Origin: a virus | Lineage: Duplodnaviria > Caudoviricetes | Virus record (IMG/VR): IMGVR_UViG_3300020577_008610 | Span: 125,180 to 189,179 of that record | Length of the DNA stretch: 64,000 bases | Strand: one strand, 5' to 3' | Shown here: positions 9,330-18,339 of the stretch, piece after piece | How positions within the stretch are numbered: position 1 is the stretch's first letter | Layout of the letters: each line of letters begins with the position of its first letter | The notes under the pieces: generated by a model | What the model saw: the letters and a program-made list of their open reading frames with translations, nothing else | What the model was told of the DNA's origin: nothing | Database searches by the model: none | Program-made: the position numbers and the translations under genes

Positions 9330-9782
9330 TCACAGCTCGTAGACGATGAATCGGGCGTCCGTGTTTTTCTCCAGGACATCCAGGATAACCTCTACGTCGT
9401 CCCAGTCAAGTCCTCCGATGCCACAACCGATCTTAGGCATGGCAATCACGGGGAGACTTGGCCCGAAGGTCTGAATGGCACTCCGGAGGGATTGGTCGAT
9501 CCACTCCAGCCGAGCGTATGGGCCTGGACGGTCCTGGGTGGCAAGGTTGAGGATGTACCGTTTTTCGACCCTTCCGGCGTAGTTCTTGCCTTTCCAGACG
9601 AAGGCATCTCCGGGGGAGAAATCCTTGTGCTGGCACTTGAACTTGTACCACTCGAACATCTCGGGGTACCGGTCCTTGAATTGCTTGGCAATCCCAGCAC
9701 CCATCACCCCGAAGGTGTTGCACCCATGGGCAAGGGCAACACCGTCCTCGGCATTGAAAAGGTTGCCCTTGCGCTTGTCCAT
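9330..9782 (-). CDS. macrodomain ADP-ribosylhydrolase (TARG1/DarG-like)
   Basis: GNLF, LAHGCNTFGVMGAGIAKQFK, NLATQ, MPKIGCGIGGLDW. Confidence 0.9.
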   Translation of the reverse strand: MDKRKGNLFNAEDGVALAHGCNTFGVMGAGIAKQFKDRYPEMFEWYKFKCQHKDFSPGDAFVWKGKNYAGRVEKRYILNLATQDRPGPYARLEWIDQSLRSAIQTFGPSLPVIAMPKIGCGIGGLDWDDVEVILDVLEKNTDARFIVYEL

Positions 9783-9894
9783 GGTCTGTTACTCCCTGGC
9801 TTGGAGCTGCCCTTCAGCAATCATCTGAAGGGTAGCGTAGTAGATTTCCCGGCGTACAGCCTTCGGAAGACGAAGGTACTGACGTCGTTCAGTT

Positions 9895-10215
9895 TTACTC
9901 ATGGTCCTGCGAATCAGAGATCGTTCGTGTGCCCGACGAACCTGGCGAGACATTTTCGAGAGAGGCGCTTGAGCCATTGCAATTCACTTCCTTTTCGAAT
10001 TCCTCAGAGGACTCATCCAGTTCTTTCCGAATCTGTTCGGCTAGAACAATAATAGCCCGAGCTGTTTGGTGGTCAGCTTTTGCCACAATGTAACCGTCCG
10101 AAGCCGTTACCTCTTCCGCCCAGTCCGACTCAACCCTCCAGGGCAATGGATGTTCCAGCACTTGTTGCAACACCAAGACTCGAAGCATCCTGTTGGGCAA
10201 TTCGTCTGACTCCAT
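9895..10215 (-). CDS. hypothetical protein
   Basis: ORF in - strand run; HPLPWRV motif. Confidence 0.5.
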   Translation of the reverse strand: MESDELPNRMLRVLVLQQVLEHPLPWRVESDWAEEVTASDGYIVAKADHQTARAIIVLAEQIRKELDESSEEFEKEVNCNGSSASLENVSPGSSGTRTISDSQDHE

Positions 10216-10454
10216 GCCAGAAACCTAACACACCCTAGGCATCCATTCCACCTTTTTTCGTATGTTTCCACCACGTCTTGAAAATAGACTCGTCGATACC
10301 AAGGTAGTCCCAGAGAGATGACTCTCCCCCGAACTCTTGCCACTCTTTCACCAGCTCCTCCAGGCTGTCGTTGCAATATATCTGGTCAGGAGGTTGTGAC
10401 GAAACAGAAGGATAGGTGGAGATAGAATCGGAAGCGTCTGTCATTATCAACCTA

Positions 10455-10544
10455 GCGGAAGAGGGGAGATTCGAACTCCCATAGGCTTTCTGGGCCTAAC
10501 CTCAATTTTCGAGACTGGTACAATAACCGTTCTGTCACTCTTCC
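10455..10544 (-). tRNA. tRNA-Ser(CGA)
   Basis: GGAAGAG/CTCTTCC acceptor, CT-CGA-AA loop, long variable arm, GTTCGAATC. Confidence 0.85.
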
Positions 10545-10715
10545 GTAAGGGTAACTATGCGATTCAAGAACAACCATTCTTACGCTGCTGTTGCTAAATC
10601 GCTAATGATTTCGCCCTATATTATGCAGGCTGCAATTGAGCTAAAAGCGATAACTCTGTTCAGACCTTTGCTGAATGGGTAGGGCGTTTGGTCCAAAGGA
10701 AACGATTGCGGAGCC

Positions 10716-11468
10716 TTACTCAGGTGGAAGTCCAAGCACTGCACGACAACGATTGTTGGCGACTTTGGCATCCTCAACCGAAGCCTCACAGCCTAGAAAT
10801 CTACGTTTCAAAGAGAGAGCTGATACTCCGGTGGTTCCCCAGCCAGCAAAGCAATCAACCACCAAATCATCCACATTGGAATGGGTTTCAATCAACCTAT
10901 TCAGCAATGGAATTGGCTTCTGAGCTTGTCTCTCGGGTCGTTGAAGTTCCGGAATGTCTGTCCAGACATTGCTGACACGTTTGAACTCGCTCTTTGCCGG
11001 ATACTTTTTTGAAAAACCCGCATATCCCCGTTTGATGTTGGTCAAGGGGATGTTGAAGGTCACCTTGGTTCGCTCGGGTGACATGCTGTACCATGCAATC
11101 TCCTCCCGGCAGAAGAGATAGTCATGAGATTTGCCATAGGCTCTCCTTTTGCCCCAGGTAATGAGATTGCGATAGTGAAAAAGGTTTTTCTCCTCGATCT
11201 TTTGGAGGAGCGAAAAGAACGGTCTTTCTTCGTGCTTCCCAATACCTCCAAAGAAGATAATGGAACCGTTCTCTTTCATCTTGGGCTTTACAGCTTCTAG
11301 AAGCCTGTACATCCAGTCAACGTAATCTTTTACAGATTTCCATTGATTGTCCCAGGAGTCCTCTACAATACCCATGTACGGAGGATCCGTCAAGAACAGA
11401 TCCACAGAATTATCCTGGAGAGTCTTGATAAAATCGAGGCAGTCCTGGGCGGTGATGTAGGTGGTCAT
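10716..11468 (-). CDS. DNA methyltransferase (N6A/N4C, beta class)
   Basis: VDLFLTDPPY, QKPIPLL.RLI..HSN..DLVVDCFAGWGTT; start 11468 or 11489. Confidence 0.9.
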   Translation of the reverse strand: MTTYITAQDCLDFIKTLQDNSVDLFLTDPPYMGIVEDSWDNQWKSVKDYVDWMYRLLEAVKPKMKENGSIIFFGGIGKHEERPFFSLLQKIEEKNLFHYRNLITWGKRRAYGKSHDYLFCREEIAWYSMSPERTKVTFNIPLTNIKRGYAGFSKKYPAKSEFKRVSNVWTDIPELQRPERQAQKPIPLLNRLIETHSNVDDLVVDCFAGWGTTGVSALSLKRRFLGCEASVEDAKVANNRCRAVLGLPPE

Positions 11469-11782
11469 AGCATTGTTTTGATCTTGCATGCCGAAATGTC
11501 CGTGTAAACAACAAATTCATGCGGGATGATGATGTTGTCTGTTGTTATGTGAGGGTGCACTTCCAGTGCCTCGCAATCTACCTCTAATCCGACCCACATT
11601 CCAAGATAACAGGCAGACCCTAGTTGCCTAATGGGCACTATAAGATCATCAGTAAGGAAGATTCTGGGTGGATTCCATTCTCTTTTAATGCCGATTCCGC
11701 CCTGGCCGCAGCGTTCCAGAAGCAATCCGTGAAGAAGAATGGATGCAATGTTTGCCCTGCGGGTAAGATGGTAAAGAATCAT
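11465..11782 (-). CDS. small ADP-ribosyltransferase-fold protein (Tpt1/DarT-like)
   Basis: LYHLT...IASILLHGL, RIFLT, EFVVYTDI. Confidence 0.5.
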   Translation of the reverse strand: MILYHLTRRANIASILLHGLLLERCGQGGIGIKREWNPPRIFLTDDLIVPIRQLGSACYLGMWVGLEVDCEALEVHPHITTDNIIIPHEFVVYTDISACKIKTML

Positions 11783-12033
11783 GGATCCAGTCCTTGGAGA
11801 TTGCCTGTTCCATTGCAGGTTTTACAGATGCCATCACCGAAAGTGGGTCTTCCGTAACCTCGGCATTCCTTGCAAATGCAGGTCTTGGCCAGATTCATCA
11901 TCCGGTCAAAAGTTTCTTCATCTGATTCGTGGATGAGGCGAATCATTGCCAGCTTGGTTCGCATCCGTTCCAACAGCTCAAGTTGACTGACAATACTCTT
12001 GAGTTCCTTCAAGGCCTTCAAGGCATCGTTCAT
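11779..12033 (-). CDS. small protein with DnaJ-type Zn finger
   Basis: CKECRGYG...CKTCNGTG. Confidence 0.6.
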   Translation of the reverse strand: MNDALKALKELKSIVSQLELLERMRTKLAMIRLIHESDEETFDRMMNLAKTCICKECRGYGRPTFGDGICKTCNGTGNLQGLDP

Positions 12034-12605
12034 GGCACAGCCGGTTTCATGCCGCCAAGATCTTTTAGCATGACCTTGAGCAAAGCATAGGTCAACTCGA
12101 CATCCACCTTGGCATCGTGATTGCCAGAGGGATTAATGCCGTAATGGAGGCACAGCTTGGCAAGAGATCCGTTGTTGTCATTTGGAATCTTCCCCAGAAG
12201 CTGAAGAGTTTGTCCCAAAACAGAGGTGTCAAGCCACCTGTGACCACAAAAAGCTTTCCAGTCGGGAACAAGCTTTTGAGCAAACCTAACATCCAGGTTG
12301 ATGTTGTGCCCCGAAGGAATCAACTTGCTGTTAGTTGGGCAGTTCAGCAACAAAAAGTCACGGAGTTTTTGTTGCGCTTCCAACTCTGGAATGGCTTCGG
12401 CGTCATGCTTCAAAAGGTCGATCTTGTTGACCCTCAGAGCATCAATATCAACCACGTAACGGCCGTTGGGCGGACGGATCTTCAGGTCAATGACGTCGAG
12501 CTCCTCTAACTTTTCATTAAGAACCATGCCGTAGAGAGTGAACAAAGAGACTTCTTTCTCCTCAAGACCACCAGTTTCAACATCGAACAGGAAAAATCGT
12601 TTCAT
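12030..12605 (-). CDS. DEDDh 3'-5' exonuclease (DnaQ-like)
   Basis: FDVETGG, GHNINLD, LDT, HDAKVD. Confidence 0.9.
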   Translation of the reverse strand: MKRFFLFDVETGGLEEKEVSLFTLYGMVLNEKLEELDVIDLKIRPPNGRYVVDIDALRVNKIDLLKHDAEAIPELEAQQKLRDFLLLNCPTNSKLIPSGHNINLDVRFAQKLVPDWKAFCGHRWLDTSVLGQTLQLLGKIPNDNNGSLAKLCLHYGINPSGNHDAKVDVELTYALLKVMLKDLGGMKPAVP

Positions 12606-12915
12606 GGCCCACCAAAGATAGCACTTCTTTGAGGGACATAGCACCTATTTTCCGTTGCACCTCGTTACCCTTGTCGTATAGGACCAACGTAGGAAGCCCA
12701 CGGACATCCTCCTCTTTTGTCAGGGAGTAGGATTCATCACAGTCCACATACCTGATTGACACCTTGCCAGCCAGAAGAGGGACAGCTTGATCTAGGATGA
12801 GCTTGAGTCTTTTGCAAGGAGCACACCATTCAGCTCCAAACAAGACTAGAATAGGAATAGGAGAGGATTTGATGGTGGAGATGAAGTTCTCCGGGGTAAG
12901 TTCAGGAAGGAGCAT
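12577..12915 (-). CDS. trxA: thioredoxin
   Basis: FGAEWCAPCK, VRGLPTL. Confidence 0.9.
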   Translation of the reverse strand: MLLPELTPENFISTIKSSPIPILVLFGAEWCAPCKRLKLILDQAVPLLAGKVSIRYVDCDESYSLTKEEDVRGLPTLVLYDKGNEVQRKIGAMSLKEVLSLVGHETIFPVRC

Positions 12916-12944
12916 AGGGGTAAATATACCCCATGCCTCGGGTC

Positions 12945-13640
12945 TCAGTCCTTCTTGTAGCTGGTGCCATTAAAGAGACGGAGGATGTGGATGAAAAGGT
13001 TGATGAAATCGAGGTAAACCTCAAGAGCCATGTCCAAAGCAGCTAAAGCGGTCTGACTCTCCATTCCCTTCTTCCGGATGGCCTGGGCGTCGAAGATGGC
13101 CAAACCTGTGAACAACAGGACAGCTACGCCAGAGATCAGGTAGCCCATAGGCTGGGAATGAATGAACAAGTTGATTACCATAGTTGCAATCAAACCCAAC
13201 AAGCCAAAAAACAGCCATAAACCCCAACTATCCAAATTTTTCTTGGTGGCAAAACCGTAGAAACTTGCTGCTCCAAAGATCCCAGCAGAAGCCAAAAAGG
13301 CCAACAACACAGTAGCTGAACTGTACCGAATCAACAAGCCCGAGAGCGTAAGGCCGTTCAAAACAGTATAAGCTCCCATTAATGCTAACCCGGTAGCCAG
13401 AGAGAGATTTTTTCTTAGCCTGGAATAGGCTACTACAAGGCACAGCTCCACCGTCAACAGGGCAACAAATACCCACAAGTGAGTTAGTAGCCACTGGACA
13501 GCACCGACTGCTAGTGCTACGCCAGAGGTTCCAGCGGTTACCAACAGCATTCCTGTCATCCAGGTATAGACTTTTGCCCCAAAATTTGCAAGCACCTCTG
13601 AAGTGGGGGCTGAGCTCTGTCGATACACATTCGTTTCCAT
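12945..13640 (-). CDS. Bax inhibitor-1/YccA family membrane protein
   Basis: 7 hydrophobic segments, KVYTWM, NGLTLS, FDAQ.I, ALEVYLDFINLF. Confidence 0.9.
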   Translation of the reverse strand: METNVYRQSSAPTSEVLANFGAKVYTWMTGMLLVTAGTSGVALAVGAVQWLLTHLWVFVALLTVELCLVVAYSRLRKNLSLATGLALMGAYTVLNGLTLSGLLIRYSSATVLLAFLASAGIFGAASFYGFATKKNLDSWGLWLFFGLLGLIATMVINLFIHSQPMGYLISGVAVLLFTGLAIFDAQAIRKKGMESQTALAALDMALEVYLDFINLFIHILRLFNGTSYKKD

Positions 13641-13695
13641 GAGTTGAGAATTCCTTTTGAAGGAAGTGTAGCGCAATTCAAGTTGAATTTCAACT

Positions 13696-14424
13696 TCATT
13701 CTTCTGTTGGCTCAGGATCTCCTGACCTTCGAATGGAGAACATGCGATCTGGCAGGAACCTTGTGTACCCGTCAGCAGTGTGGTTAAGCAAAGTGATGGA
13801 GTAACAACTCCAAGAGGAGGTGGTGTAGAACCTGGGCTTGTTTAGGAGCTTCTTTCGGATAACCAGTCCCTTGGTCTTCTGGAATAGAATCAGGTCTCCT
13901 TTGGAAACTGACTCGTATTTCATGATTTCTGTGACGGGAACAAGCTCCCAGGGGTTGAAGAACCACATGGTCTCGTGGCCCTCAGCCGTCTTAGGATTCC
14001 AGGGATTGATGGGTTTGAGTTGCTTGGTCTCTGGATCCACCTGGAAGCCCTTGTAGAGCTTCAAACCCACCGAGACGACCCGGAGGTTGGTTCGTGCTCC
14101 AAGACGCTTCCTTGCCATTCTCAGAGTCTCCTGGACGTTGTTCTTGTCCACAAGGGTGAGGGCCCCGGCAATCCGGACAACGTAGTGGGTTACCTCTCCG
14201 ACATAAGCGACTGTTGTATCCTTGGAGGTGTCTCCCAATTGAAGGGAAGAAAACAGGTCGTGGGGCTTTCTCTCAAAAGCTCCAAAGTGATCGTATCTAT
14301 CTGATTTCCTGGCTTTAGTCCAGGAAAACTCAAACTGGAAGGTGCTGCCAACGGGAACAATGGCTGCTGTGGCCAAAATTCTAGGTCGAACCAGTGTTCC
14401 TAATGTTTCAGGTCTGAATCTCAT
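13696..14424 (-). CDS. hypothetical protein
   Basis: 242-aa ORF in - strand run. Confidence 0.6.
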   Translation of the reverse strand: MRFRPETLGTLVRPRILATAAIVPVGSTFQFEFSWTKARKSDRYDHFGAFERKPHDLFSSLQLGDTSKDTTVAYVGEVTHYVVRIAGALTLVDKNNVQETLRMARKRLGARTNLRVVSVGLKLYKGFQVDPETKQLKPINPWNPKTAEGHETMWFFNPWELVPVTEIMKYESVSKGDLILFQKTKGLVIRKKLLNKPRFYTTSSWSCYSITLLNHTADGYTRFLPDRMFSIRRSGDPEPTEE

Positions 14425-14484
14425 GGCCGCTGAAAATAGATAGGAGGAACCTACCGGTTCTCTGGCAGCTTGATTTCGATGATA

Positions 14485-14763
14485 TTACGAGTCTGAATCG
14501 GGCTGTGTTTTCGGCTTCTTCGCAAGCTTTTGAACAGGCTTGGGAGCTTCCGGTTCAGCAAGAGGGGTTCCATCCGGAAGAGATAGAGCCATGTCCTTCA
14601 TTTCCTGAGGGATAAAAAACTCTCCAGCTTGTTCGATACGAGCAACAACTTCCTGGAATTGGGGCTTATTCTGAATTCCTTCTTGTCTGCACCAACGTTC
14701 AAATGACACCCTTCGACGGTTAAGAAGATGAAGCAGAGAGGTTGGGCCGGTGTTGGGTATCAT
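14485..14763 (-). CDS. hypothetical protein
   Basis: coupled to upstream gene. Confidence 0.6.
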   Translation of the reverse strand: MIPNTGPTSLLHLLNRRRVSFERWCRQEGIQNKPQFQEVVARIEQAGEFFIPQEMKDMALSLPDGTPLAEPEAPKPVQKLAKKPKTQPDSDS

Positions 14764-15068
14764 GGTGCTGTCTTTTCTTTCTTGATTTGATTGTGGATCT
14801 CGAAGAGTACATCCGAAAGAGCTTCGTGGACCTGCTGGTCTTTCAAAGTTCTCTTGATTTGCTCCTCGGTAATTGTAGCTCCCAGTTCTTCCGAGACGTT
14901 CTTAACTAGACGACCCAAGGAATTCATGAGAACATTCCGTGCTGTAGCATGATTCATCTGGTAGCCCGCAGCCGACATGATTTCGGCAATCCGGCGAAAA
15001 TCAGTGCCTTCCTCCAGGGTAACGTACTTGGTGGCAGCAGTCTTGATAGTTTCTGGCGTCTTAGACAT
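14760..15068 (-). CDS. HTH-like protein downstream of sigma factor
   Basis: DFRRIAEIMSAAGYQMNHATARN helix-turn-helix-like; overlaps sigma gene end. Confidence 0.55.
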   Translation of the reverse strand: MSKTPETIKTAATKYVTLEEGTDFRRIAEIMSAAGYQMNHATARNVLMNSLGRLVKNVSEELGATITEEQIKRTLKDQQVHEALSDVLFEIHNQIKKEKTAP

Positions 15069-15882
15069 TGGATCCTTCTCCGGCAGAGTCTTGAATCGAA
15101 GGCACTTTTTGGATCACATCATACCGCAAGAGAATGATATTCCTTTCTCGTTCTGGTAGCTTCAGAAGAGCTCTTTTCACCACTTCAACCAAGGTATGGT
15201 AGTCGGAAACAGAATCGCTGCTAACATCCAACTCATCCACCAACAAGTCCTTGATGGAGAGACCAGTAGATATGCCTTTCCCATGCTGAGCAGGAATGGC
15301 GGTATCCATGGAGGAAATCCACCTGGATTTCAGGGAGTGGTTGATGCTATTGAGCATTTTCTCGGAAACACCGAGTTCTGCCGCATTCCCCTCAACCAAA
15401 TCCTTAAAGCCGAGATTCTTCTCCTTCATGGTCTTCAGAAGCTTGTTCTGAGCTGTCCGGATGTGTGAAGGTACATGGAGCTGAGGATCCTGGGAAAGAA
15501 GGTAGTTGTTGATAGCATGGCGTATCCACCACGTAGCGTAGGTACTGAACTTGAACCCACGGTGAGGGTCAAACTTCTCCACAGCTGACAACAAGCCGAA
15601 AGAACCCTCTTGGAGAAGATCTTCCCGAATACGTTGGTGTTCCTTCTTCTTGGAATAGAATTTGTTGACCACAAAAGTGACCAACTTGCAGTTCCGGTTC
15701 GCAAGAACATTCCTCAGATTCTTGTCTTGTTTCGCCAACTTGCCTTTGGCATCCAATTCTTTCGTCTCGGAATACCGGAAAAACAGCTTCATGTCCTCGT
15801 CTCGATCATCCAGATTCTTTGAAAGAGCCGTAGCCGCTGCTTGAGTTATCACTGATGTTGATGTTTGCTGATATGATTCCAT
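15061..15882 (-). CDS. RNA polymerase sigma70-family factor
   Basis: Region 2: DLLQEGSFGLLSAVEKFDPHRGFKFSTYATWWIRHAI; region 4 starts (LPERERNIILLRY) but the HTH appears truncated. Confidence 0.9.
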   Translation of the reverse strand: MESYQQTSTSVITQAAATALSKNLDDRDEDMKLFFRYSETKELDAKGKLAKQDKNLRNVLANRNCKLVTFVVNKFYSKKKEHQRIREDLLQEGSFGLLSAVEKFDPHRGFKFSTYATWWIRHAINNYLLSQDPQLHVPSHIRTAQNKLLKTMKEKNLGFKDLVEGNAAELGVSEKMLNSINHSLKSRWISSMDTAIPAQHGKGISTGLSIKDLLVDELDVSSDSVSDYHTLVEVVKRALLKLPERERNIILLRYDVIQKVPSIQDSAGEGSNV

Positions 15883-16339
15883 CCCTGTTTTTCCTGCCCT
15901 TTCGAGGCCTTGCTGCCCAGTTCATATAGGATGTAAGGCACTCTGCTCGGATCTTCTCAAACTTTGCCTCATTGATCCTGAGGCAAAGACTCCTTGCCAA
16001 CTTTTTTCCAACCTCCCAGGCTTCAATCTCCTCTTGCACCTTTGCAATTTTGTATGTAACGGTTGCATACCTCAGAGGTTTCCGAACCAACTCCGGATAT
16101 CTGTCCTGGTAAGTAAAATCACACTCCAACATCCATGCATGACCAATTTCATGCAGGAAGATGTAGTAGAGGATTTCAAGCTTTCGTTGTGCATATAGGG
16201 TTATCACCTTATCATGGTACTGATTCTTCCTTTTGTTTGAATACTCTATCCTCCAGGAATGCTGAGAGCAGAACTCAGTCAGACGCTTAATACTCGCCTG
16301 GATCTCCTCTTGGCCTAGTTCGATAGGAAAAAGTGCCAT
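15806..16339 (-). CDS. HExxH metallopeptidase-like protein
   Basis: FLHEIGH...EEIEAW. Confidence 0.6.
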   Translation of the reverse strand: MALFPIELGQEEIQASIKRLTEFCSQHSWRIEYSNKRKNQYHDKVITLYAQRKLEILYYIFLHEIGHAWMLECDFTYQDRYPELVRKPLRYATVTYKIAKVQEEIEAWEVGKKLARSLCLRINEAKFEKIRAECLTSYMNWAARPRKGRKNRDGIISANINISDNSSSGYGSFKESG

Positions 16340-16442
16340 ATGAATAACCTTAAATGTAGCAAGCCCTACATCCCCTTGGGCCATAGAGCAACCTACCATA
16401 CATGCACTGTCATATAAACCAATTTAACCGGACTGAATTTAA

Positions 16443-16488
16443 CTCTTCTCCTTTCTTCCCTCCTCCCCCCCTCTTGGTTATCCTCCAC
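16443..16488 (+). repeat. dispersed repeat copy 1 (pyrimidine tract + TCTTGGTTATCCTCCAC)
   Basis: near-identical cores at 41592-41608 (+) and 53696-53712 (-). Confidence 0.8.
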
Positions 16489-16575
16489 CACCATGGAAAG
16501 TCTGGAAAAAGATTGGCAAAAGCAACAAAACCTAGAAGTTACGCTTTGAAGTTTTCATCGGAATGCTATTCTGAC

Positions 16576-16603
16576 TTGACGTGGGGGTGTTGGTGGTTAA
16601 GAT
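16576..16603 (+). promoter_or_regulatory. sigma70-like early promoter
   Basis: TTGACG-N16-TAAGAT upstream of AAGGAG RBS/ATG 16627. Confidence 0.6.
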
Positions 16604-16626
16604 GGGTTGTGCAAGGAGAAAATCAC

Positions 16627-16887
16627 ATGACAACCCTGATTACCGACAAGCTTAAGGCCCTCGGAGGCCGTTGGGACTCGGCCCGCAAGGGCTGGATGGT
16701 CCCGGACGAAAAGGCTACTGAAGCCCAGGAGCTGGTAAACTCGGCATTCGGACGTCTTCTGGGTTCTGTACACGGTGTGGAGACGATTGTGGTGGTACGG
16801 CCTACCACTGCAACTATGAGTAAGGTGTTTCCTACTCACAAAAGGTTCAGTCGGTGTGACACTTTGGCTTCGGAGATGCTCCCTTAG
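16627..16887 (+). CDS. small early protein (LKALGGRWD...W motif, DUF5710-like)
   Basis: AAGGAG RBS; DKLKALGGRWDSARKGWMVP. Confidence 0.55.
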   Translation: MTTLITDKLKALGGRWDSARKGWMVPDEKATEAQELVNSAFGRLLGSVHGVETIVVVRPTTATMSKVFPTHKRFSRCDTLASEMLP

Positions 16888-16950
16888 CTCAGTGGTTAGA
16901 GCAGCCGCCTTCAAATCGGTTGGTCGTGGGTTCAAATCCTACAGGGAGCG
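16878..16950 (+). tRNA. opal suppressor tRNA (anticodon TCA), probably Trp identity
   Basis: GCTCCCT/AGGGAGC acceptor, G73, D arm GCTC/GAGC, loop CT-TCA-AA (16909-16915), short variable loop, GGTTCAAATCC. Confidence 0.85.
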
Positions 16951-16954
16951 CAAG

Positions 16955-17416
16955 ATGCGTAAAACATGGACTTCATTTAAAGATGACGAATTCATCCCTA
17001 TTGTCGATGAGGCCCTTCAAGAGTTGACCAGAGAAGAGTGTGACCTCGAAAAGGAGCCAAATTTGTCCTACATGTTTTCCCGTTATCCCAAATGGGAAAA
17101 GGTAAATCTTCTCTATGTGTGCAAAAATGCTAAGAATGGGAGCAAGAAAGGGATCATCAATCTTGATGTCGCCGACAGCATTGTCCTTCTTGACAAGGAA
17201 TGCCTTGTTGTCAATTATTGCAAAGTAGTAGCTTTTGAGCCTCGCAGCGAATGGGTTGTGTTCAATTACATAGTCCAAGCCCACTGGAAAGAGGGTAAAC
17301 TTCAAGTTTGTGCTGATATTGCCCCAAAAGATGAAGATTTGGAAGAACTTGACCCTCTGTTTGAACATTACTTGAGCTTGGAAGAAACGACCACACGTTG
17401 CGTGTGCAAGACATGA
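16955..17416 (+). CDS. hypothetical protein
   Basis: ORF begins right after the tRNA. Confidence 0.6.
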   Translation: MRKTWTSFKDDEFIPIVDEALQELTREECDLEKEPNLSYMFSRYPKWEKVNLLYVCKNAKNGSKKGIINLDVADSIVLLDKECLVVNYCKVVAFEPRSEWVVFNYIVQAHWKEGKLQVCADIAPKDEDLEELDPLFEHYLSLEETTTRCVCKT

Positions 17417-17649
17417 TGGTTACCATGCTCATCCAGCTCAAAGGCAAGACCAAGACATAGATGAGGTGAAAGAAGCTGCTGGACTTTTGAATTGCTACAA
17501 GCTAGACATCAATGACCCCAAAGTCCAAAAGGTATTCCATGACTTTGGTGGTCAATTTGACATCAAGCAAAAAACCATTTTTACGATTAGCTCATACGAG
17601 AAGCAACACCGGAGCCCGGGAATGGGCCAAGAAGGGAAGAGAGAAGAAT

Positions 17650-18015
17650 ATGGCATCCAGCAAAAAAACCAAAAAACGTACTTTTGCCTGCGGACATAAA
17701 GGTTATGGCATTTTGTGTCACCGATGTGCCCAGGCAAATGACCTGGAGACTAAGGCTAATGAGTTGGCCCAAGCAATCAAGGCTCAGGCGAAAACCCTCC
17801 CCGCCTTCGTAGTGGTCCAAAAGGCCGCCAAGGCTACGGAGACGGCTCCGGAATTGGAGTCGGGCATTCTGATCAAGGGTGGGGGTCAGCGCATCTTCAT
17901 CGGGACCAATAACAAGGACCAGGAGACAGCCCTGACCCAGGCTGTGGCTACCATGCGGGAGCATGCTACCCGCCTGGAGGCACGGCCAGAGAACAAGGTT
18001 CGTGTCTTCTCGTAA
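17650..18015 (+). CDS. hypothetical protein with N-terminal CGH...CHRC Zn motif
   Basis: FACGHKGYGILCHRC. Confidence 0.6.
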   Translation: MASSKKTKKRTFACGHKGYGILCHRCAQANDLETKANELAQAIKAQAKTLPAFVVVQKAAKATETAPELESGILIKGGGQRIFIGTNNKDQETALTQAVATMREHATRLEARPENKVRVFS

Positions 18016-18195
18016 CTGGGATGACTCCGGCATTATCTGGGTATAATAGCAAATGTCGATGAATCCTCCTTGCGGAACCTTGATTGAGGGTGAAGACCCT
18101 GCTCTGACCATGAAAAAAGAATTGGAAATCGACAATAACTGAAGGCAGCCGATATCTATCGGCGCTACTCTTGAAAGGTTGACAAAACGATACAT

Positions 18196-18284
18196 GGAGA
18201 GTTGCTAGAGCCGGGCAATAGTCCTGTTTGCTAAACAGAGGACAGCCTTAATTGGCTGCGGGGGTTCGAGTCCCTCACTCTCCG
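18196..18284 (+). tRNA. tRNA-Ser(GCT)
   Basis: GGAGAGT/ACTCTCC acceptor, TT-GCT-AA loop, long variable arm. Confidence 0.9.
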
Positions 18285-18293
18285 CTAAGAAAG

Positions 18294-18325
18294 AAACTCC
18301 AGGATCTTCGGGTTCTGGAGTTTTT
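18294..18325 (+). terminator. intrinsic terminator
   Basis: AAACTCCAGGATC-TTCG-GGTTCTGGAGTTTTT. Confidence 0.75.
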
Positions 18326-18339
18326 ACATTTGAACTTTA

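Noticed and set aside
9057-10052. 331-aa + strand ORF
   Set aside because: Antisense shadow over tsf, tRNA-Ser and the macrodomain gene.
16478-16488. DnaA box within the dispersed repeat
   Set aside because: TTATCCTCC deviates from TTATCCACA and occurs singly per site.
16878-16950. tRNA-Sec interpretation of the UCA tRNA
   Set aside because: It has a 7-bp acceptor and a short variable loop with no Sec-type extra arm; no selA/selB/selD in the window.
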